Origin: Chloroflexota bacterium
GTDB lineage: Bacteria > Chloroflexota > UBA11872
Length of the DNA: 64,000 bases
Assembly: GCA_022825895.1 (NCBI GenBank)
Contig: JAJDVX010000027.1
Location: forward strand, 59,528 to 123,527
Reading direction: 5' to 3'
Each line of letters starts with the position of its first letter. Positions within the stretch are counted from its first letter, which is position 1. Of the stretch, positions 58,291 through 64,000 are shown piece after piece. A program made the position numbers and the translations under genes. Under the pieces are notes generated by a model. The model was not told the origin of the DNA. It did not search any database and worked only from the letters and a program-made list of their open reading frames with translations.

Positions 58291-60672
58291 CTAGGGCTTG
58301 CTAAGGCGCACCCAGATGGGTGAGGCGTAGGCCACGGCGGGGGTCGACTGTGGAAGCGCCGGCTGCGCCGCCACGCGCACGTAGTAGTAGTTGCGGGTGC
58401 GCGGGTTGCCGCGGTCGGTCCAGGTCCAGTCCAGGGTGGGGGCGTCCAGGGACTCGCAGTGGGCCAGCCTGCCGTTGCGGTAGACCTCAATCTCGCGGAG
58501 CGGTTGGGCAGACTCGGCTACGACCCGAAGCTGAGGGTCGCCCGAGACCTCGCCTTCGGCGCCCATCGGGATCCCGGACACCTCGGTGTGCAGCAGGATC
58601 TTGGCTGAGGCGGCGATGGTTCGCCGCTTCCAGATGGCGTCGAAGATGGCCTCGCGGGTCGGTTCGGTGGCCCAGACGCCGGTCATGCAGTAGGCGAAGT
58701 GCCAGTGGCGGGCGTGGTCGCTTGCGCCCAGAAACCCGATCTTGGCGCCTTCGAGAAGAAAGGTCTCGATCCACTCGCGCTGGTCGCCGCGCGTCTGGAT
58801 GATCTCCATGGACGGCTCCCAGGCGGCCCGGTAGCCCTCGAAGACGTCGGGCTGCCGGTGGCCCTGGAAGTGGCGGGCGGCCAGCACTTCGCCGGCGGGC
58901 ATGCGGGCGTCCCAGCGCTCCATCAGGTCTTCGAGGCTGGGCGACATCAGGGTAAGGGCGCGTAGTTCCTCACCGAGCTGCTGGTCGCGGTAGAAGATAT
59001 TGGTGTGGCCGGGGTTGTTGCCCCATTCGAAGCCGAACAGCGGCTCAAAACGCCCGTCGCTGGTGAAGGCGGCCACGGTTTCCTCGACTCGCCGCCACTC
59101 GTTGTAGCTCATGTATTCCAAGTGCTCGGTCAGCGCCCACCAGTCCATGCGGTTGTGGTCGACGGCCCAGCGGAAGTGCTGCAGCGGCGTCCCGTCGTTG
59201 GGCGACATGCACTTGGAAAGGTGCGAGTGCCGGTGCATATCGCCCCAGAGGAGCTGGTAGGTCCGGTCGCCGACGGTGACGGTGCGGCCGTCGCGGCGAG
59301 ACTGCGGGGTGTCCCTGCGATCGCCTTCGTAGCGCGCGGATTCCACCCGCAGCGGCGGATCCTCGGCCGGAGGCGGTGGGTCGACTGTCAGAATCTCGAT
59401 GCGCTCGCGGGAAACGGGGGCGCTCCCGGCGCGCAGTTTCGGCAGGCCGGCCGACGCGCGCTCAACCGTCTGCATGGGGATGTAGCCGGTGGCGTTGTGC
59501 GCGACTATGCGCCGCTCATCCGGCAGCGCCGCCACGCCGTATCGGGTGTCCGGCATGCCCTGGAACTGACTGACGGTCTCCGGTTCGGACCACGACGATC
59601 CGGCGTAAACGATGCGGTCGAGTTGCCAGCCGAAGTCTTTCTGGTGCCGGCTGCGGAAGCGTCGGAAATACAGCTCAATGCCGTTACGCCCCACGACCAG
59701 GCGCGGCGAGACGGGGACGATGTACTCGGCGCAGATGCTCTGCATGAAGCTCTCGATTGGGATCGGGGCCTGACCGGCGCCCCACGGGCTTTGGGCCAGG
59801 GAGACCTCGCCGCGGGCGTCAATCGCGGCCAGGACGAGATGCCGGGTCTTGTTGAAACGGTGATCCTCGCCCCAGGCCGGCGATTGCTCCCAGGTCACCC
59901 AGGCCGTGTCGTCCGCATCCACCGCGATGTCGGCGTCCATGGCCAGCATCGGCAGGTCGCTGACCTGAATCGCCGCGCCGAGCGTTCCGTCGGGAGCGAT
60001 GCGCCGGGCGAAGACATGGAAGTGGTGCCCGATCCAGGCGTCCCAGGCCAGCCACAGGCCCTGGCCGTTTGAAGCGCGAAGGACCGGCTGCCAGGCCGAA
60101 TGGCCGGCAACGGACGCCACTGCCGGCTGCGTCCAACCATCCGACTCCCGGCGGCTCACGACGACCACGCAGACGTCACCGTCAAAGGCCTGCCAGGCGA
60201 CCCAGGGCTGGCCGTCGCTGTCGATCGCCGCGGCCGGACGGGTCAGGGAGGCGGGCGTTGAGGCCACGGTTTCGACTTCGGCGCCGGTCCAGGCCCGCAC
60301 GACGAAGCGGTCGTCAATGCGCTCACCCCAGGCCACGAGGCGCCGATCGCCATGTGCGGCCACGGCGGGATCCTGGATCGCGGTACGGCTTTCCGTGAGC
60401 AGGACCGGATCCAGGTCCTCTCCGGCCACTTGGCCCGCGTAGACCCGGAAGCGACCCTTGCCCAGGCGCGCCATGAAGTCGCGCTCGTCATACCCCGGCG
60501 CGAACTGCCAGTGCCCGCCCGGGTGAGAGGTACGCAGACCGAAGAGCGACTCTTCGGCCCAATCACTCCCGGCCCAGGCGCCAAAGGCGCCGCCGTCGGG
60601 GTCGGGCGCCACGTCGCAGGCGTAGGCGCCCTGCAGAACCGTGGGCGGTTCCGGCCTGGTTTCCGTCGCCAT
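58291..60672 (-). CDS. Large DUF3604/PHP-like putative metal-dependent hydrolase (paralog A)
   Basis: 793 aa. N-terminal region with repeated W/D-rich beta-strand units. C-terminal YQLLWGDMHRHSHLSKC...ALTEHLEY resembles PHP/DUF3604 metal-binding motifs. The DUF assignment is from memory. Confidence 0.45.
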   Translation of the reverse strand: MATETRPEPPTVLQGAYACDVAPDPDGGAFGAWAGSDWAEESLFGLRTSHPGGHWQFAPGYDERDFMARLGKGRFRVYAGQVAGEDLDPVLLTESRTAIQDPAVAAHGDRRLVAWGERIDDRFVVRAWTGAEVETVASTPASLTRPAAAIDSDGQPWVAWQAFDGDVCVVVVSRRESDGWTQPAVASVAGHSAWQPVLRASNGQGLWLAWDAWIGHHFHVFARRIAPDGTLGAAIQVSDLPMLAMDADIAVDADDTAWVTWEQSPAWGEDHRFNKTRHLVLAAIDARGEVSLAQSPWGAGQAPIPIESFMQSICAEYIVPVSPRLVVGRNGIELYFRRFRSRHQKDFGWQLDRIVYAGSSWSEPETVSQFQGMPDTRYGVAALPDERRIVAHNATGYIPMQTVERASAGLPKLRAGSAPVSRERIEILTVDPPPPAEDPPLRVESARYEGDRRDTPQSRRDGRTVTVGDRTYQLLWGDMHRHSHLSKCMSPNDGTPLQHFRWAVDHNRMDWWALTEHLEYMSYNEWRRVEETVAAFTSDGRFEPLFGFEWGNNPGHTNIFYRDQQLGEELRALTLMSPSLEDLMERWDARMPAGEVLAARHFQGHRQPDVFEGYRAAWEPSMEIIQTRGDQREWIETFLLEGAKIGFLGASDHARHWHFAYCMTGVWATEPTREAIFDAIWKRRTIAASAKILLHTEVSGIPMGAEGEVSGDPQLRVVAESAQPLREIEVYRNGRLAHCESLDAPTLDWTWTDRGNPRTRNYYYVRVAAQPALPQSTPAVAYASPIWVRLSKP

Positions 60673-60780
60673 CGCGCCTTCTCCCTGGCGCCGACCGGCG
60701 CTGGAGGATCGCCGCTGTCAGCCTAGCGCGTAGGACTCTTCAGGACATTCGGTGTGGAAGGACGCGGGTTAGGCTTGGCG

Positions 60781-61749
60781 ATGAGCAGACTGGAACTACG
60801 CCCCCTTGGGCGTACCGGCGACCAGGTGACCACCCTCAGCCTGGGGGGCTGCGGGCTGCCGCGCGTGTCGTTCGCCGAGGGCGTGGCGACGGTACAGCGG
60901 GCGCTGGAACTCGGGGTCAATTGCTTCGACACTGCGCCGTCGTATAGCAGCGGGTTGTCGCAGGCGATTCTCGGCGTCGCCCTGGAGGGGCGGCCGGAGC
61001 CGCACCTGGTCTCGACCAAGGTGGGCAACCTGGCGCAGCGCAGCCGCTTTCGCTCGCCTGACGCCCTGCACGCGCAGCTCGAAGAAAACCTGCGGCTTCT
61101 ACGGCGCGACTGCGCGGACATCGTCCTGATTCACGAGGCCGACCATCACTACTGGTGGACGGACGAGCCGAGCGACGACCTATTCGTGGACCTGGAATCC
61201 GAGCCCGACGTGGCCAACGCGCCGGTGATGCAGGTGCTACAAGAGGCCCGGGCTGCGGGCCGCTGCCGTTACGTCGGCATCAGCGGCAACAGTCCGGACC
61301 ACCTGGCGCACGTTTTGCGCGCGGCGGGCGACGCCGAAGTGGATGTTTGCCTGAGCGCCCTGGCCTACGGCCTGATCGACCGCGGCATCCGTCACCAACT
61401 ACTGCCCGTGGCCAGTGAGCGCGGTACCGCGATTGCGTTGGGCGGAGTCTTCCGTCGTGGTCGCCTCGCGGCGATCCGCCCGGAGAGTCTTCAGACACCG
61501 CCAATCTGGTCGAGCGAGATGACGCCTGAAGAACAACAACGGGTCCCGCGTCTCGTCGAGTTGCAACAGGAGAGCCAACTGTCGCTGGTCACGCTGACGC
61601 TCCGCTACCTGGTGGCAGACCGAAGCATCGCCACCATCCTGGTCGGAGCGGCAACGCCGGCCGAAATCGAGGAAAGCGTGGCGGCCGTTGAGGCCGGACC
61701 GTTGCCGACCGACTTGCACCAGGCCGTGGAGGCCCTAGGCCTGCCCTGA
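60781..61749 (+). CDS. Aldo/keto reductase
   Basis: The ATG at 60781 gives MSRLELRPLGRTGDQVTTLSLGG. FDTAPSYS. AKR catalytic tetrad context. Confidence 0.8.
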   Translation: MSRLELRPLGRTGDQVTTLSLGGCGLPRVSFAEGVATVQRALELGVNCFDTAPSYSSGLSQAILGVALEGRPEPHLVSTKVGNLAQRSRFRSPDALHAQLEENLRLLRRDCADIVLIHEADHHYWWTDEPSDDLFVDLESEPDVANAPVMQVLQEARAAGRCRYVGISGNSPDHLAHVLRAAGDAEVDVCLSALAYGLIDRGIRHQLLPVASERGTAIALGGVFRRGRLAAIRPESLQTPPIWSSEMTPEEQQRVPRLVELQQESQLSLVTLTLRYLVADRSIATILVGAATPAEIEESVAAVEAGPLPTDLHQAVEALGLP

Positions 61750-61772
61750 CCGTACGCAGCCGCTGGTTCGAC

Positions 61773-62159
61773 CTAGCGCGCCTCGTCGTGGGTTTCGAAT
61801 TCGGCGGGCATGGTGATCTCTAGGACCTGCCAGTCGTCGGAGTACTCCAGCACCTCATGTCTGACCCCCGGCGCCTGGTACCAGGCGTCGCCCGCCTCGA
61901 CCCGGATCTCGCCGATGTCTTCGAAATAGAGCCGCGCCCAGCCGCTGATGAGGTAGACCATCTGGAAGTCAAGATCGTGCGAGTGGTAGCCCATGGGGCC
62001 GTCACAGGGCTGTTCGGCGCGAATGATGTGCGCCAGCACCTTGCCCTCGGTCGCGTCCTTGATTCCCAGGTCGCGGTAGGCGAAGTAGGGCCGCAGGTCC
62101 TTGCCCCAGCGGGCGTCCCTGGCGTGGGCTGCGAATGACCCGGTCGTCTTCTCGGTCAT
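61773..62159 (-). CDS. Cupin-domain protein
   Basis: 128 aa. G(X)5HXH-like motif MGYHSHDLDFQMVYLISGW plus a second motif PGVRHEV. Confidence 0.6.
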   Translation of the reverse strand: MTEKTTGSFAAHARDARWGKDLRPYFAYRDLGIKDATEGKVLAHIIRAEQPCDGPMGYHSHDLDFQMVYLISGWARLYFEDIGEIRVEAGDAWYQAPGVRHEVLEYSDDWQVLEITMPAEFETHDEAR

Positions 62160-62272
62160 GCTGGACCTCCTTGCTTAGGTCGGCAGCGAATCGGGCAGCT
62201 ATCAATCACCGGCCCGGTCCAGCTTGGCGGCGTGCCCAGCGGGCGGCAAGCGGGTGTCGAACCCGACGCCGT

Positions 62273-64000
62273 CTAGGACTCGCTGGCGTTCACCCACACC
62301 GGCGAGGCGTAGGCCACGGCGGGGGTGGCGAGCGGATGGACGGTCTCGGCCGTGAGCTTGACGTAGTAGTAGTTCTGGCTGCGGGGGTTGCCGCGGTCGG
62401 TCCAGGTCCAGTCCAGGCTGGACCCGTCCACGGACTCCCGGTGAACTGGCGCGCCGTTGCGGAAGACCTGGATTTCACGCAGGCGCTGCGCGGACTCGGC
62501 CATTACTCGCAGCCTGGGATCTCCTGAGACCTCGCCCTCGCCGCCCATCGGAATCCCGGACACCTCGGTGTGCACAAGAATCTTTGCGGACGTGGCGATG
62601 GTGCGGCGGTTCCAGATGGCGTCGAAGATCGCCTCGCGCGTCGGCTCGGTGGCCCAGACGCCGGTCATGCAGAAGGCGAAGTGCCAATAGCGCGCGTGGT
62701 CGGTGGCGCCGATGAAGCCGATGCGGGCGCCTTCGCGCAGAAAGGTCTCGATCCATTCCCGCTGGTCGCCGCGGGCCTGCATGATCTCCATGGCGGGCTC
62801 CCAGGTGGGACGGAAGCCCTCGAACACGTCCGGCTGCCGGTGGCCGTGGTAGTGACGGGCCGCCATGACCGCGCCGGCCGGCATGCGGGAATCCCAGCGT
62901 TCCATCAGGTCCTCGAGGCTGGGTGACATCAGCGTCAGCGCGCGCAGCTCTTCGCCCAGCTGCTGGTCGCGGTAGAAGATGTTGGTGTGACCGGGATTGA
63001 GGCCCCACTCGAAGCCGAAGAGCGGCTCGAAGCGGCCGTCGTTGGTGAAGGCGGCGACTGTTTCCTCAACCCGCCGCCACTCGTTGTAGCTCAGGTATTC
63101 CAGGTGCTCGGTGAGCGCCCAGAAGTCCATGCGGTTGTGGTCGATCGCCCAGCGGAAGTTGTGCACGGGCGACCCGTCGTTGGCGGCAATGCACTTGGAG
63201 AGGTGCGAATGCCGGTGCATGTCGCCCCAGTAGAGGTGGTAGGTCTGGTCGCCCACGGTGATGGTGCGGCCGTCGCGGTGCACCAGTGGCGAATCGTCGC
63301 GCAGACCCTCGTAGCGGACGAAGTCGACCTTGAGCGGCGGCTCGATGGCGGCGGCCGGGGGATCCAGGGTCAGGACTTCGATGCGCTCCCGATCCACGGG
63401 CCCGGCGCCCCCGCACAGGAACGGCAGGCCCGCCTGCCATCGGTCCAGCGTCTGCATGGGCGCGAAGCCCATGGCGTTGTGCGCCACCACGCGCCGCTCG
63501 TCCGGCAGCGCGGCCACGCCGTAGCGCGTGTCGGGCGTGCCGTGGAAGGGGCTGACCGTCTCCGGGTCGGACCAGGTGGCGCCGGAATAGACCATGCGTT
63601 CCAGCCGCCAGCCGAAGTCCACGTAATCCGAGCTGCGGAAGCGTTGGAAGAACAGCTCGATGCCGCGAGGTCCCGCGATCAGGCGCGGTGAGACGGGCAC
63701 GATGTACTCGGCCGACTGGACGTGCGTAAAGGTCTCGATGGGAATCGGGGCCTGGCCGGCGCCCCAATGGCTATTGGCCAGAAAGGTGGTCCCACGGTGG
63801 TCGACCGCGGCCAGCACGACCTGGCGCGTCTCGTTGAACCGATGGTTCGAGCCCCAGGGCGGCGACTGCTCCCAGGCCAGCCACGCCGTGTCGTCCGCGT
63901 CCACCGCGACATCCACGTCCATGGCCAGCAGCGGCAGGTCGCTGACCTGCACCGCCGGGCCGTGTGCGCCGTCCGGCGTGATACGGCGCGCGAATACGTG
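62273..64000 (-). CDS. Large DUF3604/PHP-like putative hydrolase (paralog B); 5' end beyond window
   Basis: Co-linear with the middle-to-C-terminus of paralog A (YHLYWGDMHRHSHLSKC...TEHLEYLSYNEWRRVEETVAAFT...). The first ATG in the window (63952) aligns to around residue 235 of paralog A, so the gene continues past 64000. Confidence 0.45.
   Translation of the reverse strand, partial: HVFARRITPDGAHGPAVQVSDLPLLAMDVDVAVDADDTAWLAWEQSPPWGSNHRFNETRQVVLAAVDHRGTTFLANSHWGAGQAPIPIETFTHVQSAEYIVPVSPRLIAGPRGIELFFQRFRSSDYVDFGWRLERMVYSGATWSDPETVSPFHGTPDTRYGVAALPDERRVVAHNAMGFAPMQTLDRWQAGLPFLCGGAGPVDRERIEVLTLDPPAAAIEPPLKVDFVRYEGLRDDSPLVHRDGRTITVGDQTYHLYWGDMHRHSHLSKCIAANDGSPVHNFRWAIDHNRMDFWALTEHLEYLSYNEWRRVEETVAAFTNDGRFEPLFGFEWGLNPGHTNIFYRDQQLGEELRALTLMSPSLEDLMERWDSRMPAGAVMAARHYHGHRQPDVFEGFRPTWEPAMEIMQARGDQREWIETFLREGARIGFIGATDHARYWHFAFCMTGVWATEPTREAIFDAIWNRRTIATSAKILVHTEVSGIPMGGEGEVSGDPRLRVMAESAQRLREIQVFRNGAPVHRESVDGSSLDWTWTDRGNPRSQNYYYVKLTAETVHPLATPAVAYASPVWVNASES

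Overview
This is a high-GC (~68-70%) bacterial chromosomal segment with dense coding on both strands. All calls below come from reading the translations and sequence by eye. No database searches were run and family names are recalled.

The core is housekeeping: a 5'-truncated recA, prs, ggt, pheS-pheT, rpmI-rplT, trmH, ffh, lgt, folC, a solo nuoE-nuoF pair, and malate/lactate dehydrogenase. The RNA genes are a 16S rRNA that is followed not by a 23S gene but by RNase P RNA and an initiator tRNA-Met. tRNA-Asn and tRNA-Glu are also present.

Several lower-GC islets carry accessory genes. The most interesting signal is a tightly coupled pair at 25.4-26.6 kb: a Panacea-domain (SocA/PanA-like antitoxin) gene directly upstream of a proteasome-beta/HslV-like threonine peptidase gene whose Thr1/Asp17/Lys catalytic residues are intact. 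I am not aware of a described toxin-antitoxin or defence module with this pairing.

Other notable items:
- a thioredoxin-fold peroxiredoxin-like gene with an in-frame TGA in place of the first Cys of a WCxxC motif, with a hairpin downstream (candidate selenoprotein)
- a ThrC-like PLP enzyme paired with a MoaD-like GG-terminal carrier behind a structured leader
- a eukaryote-type sterol C-methyltransferase-like gene in a low-GC block behind a 1.1 kb non-coding stretch
- three DUF3179 paralogs
- two large DUF3604/PHP-like paralogs
- several toxin-antitoxin loci: an intact vapBC, a phd next to a PIN pseudogene, a PIN gene with no canonical start, and two orphan HicB-like antitoxins
- a Fic gene with operator-like palindromes upstream

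Many long antisense ORFs in the supplied track are GC-rich frame artefacts and were rejected.
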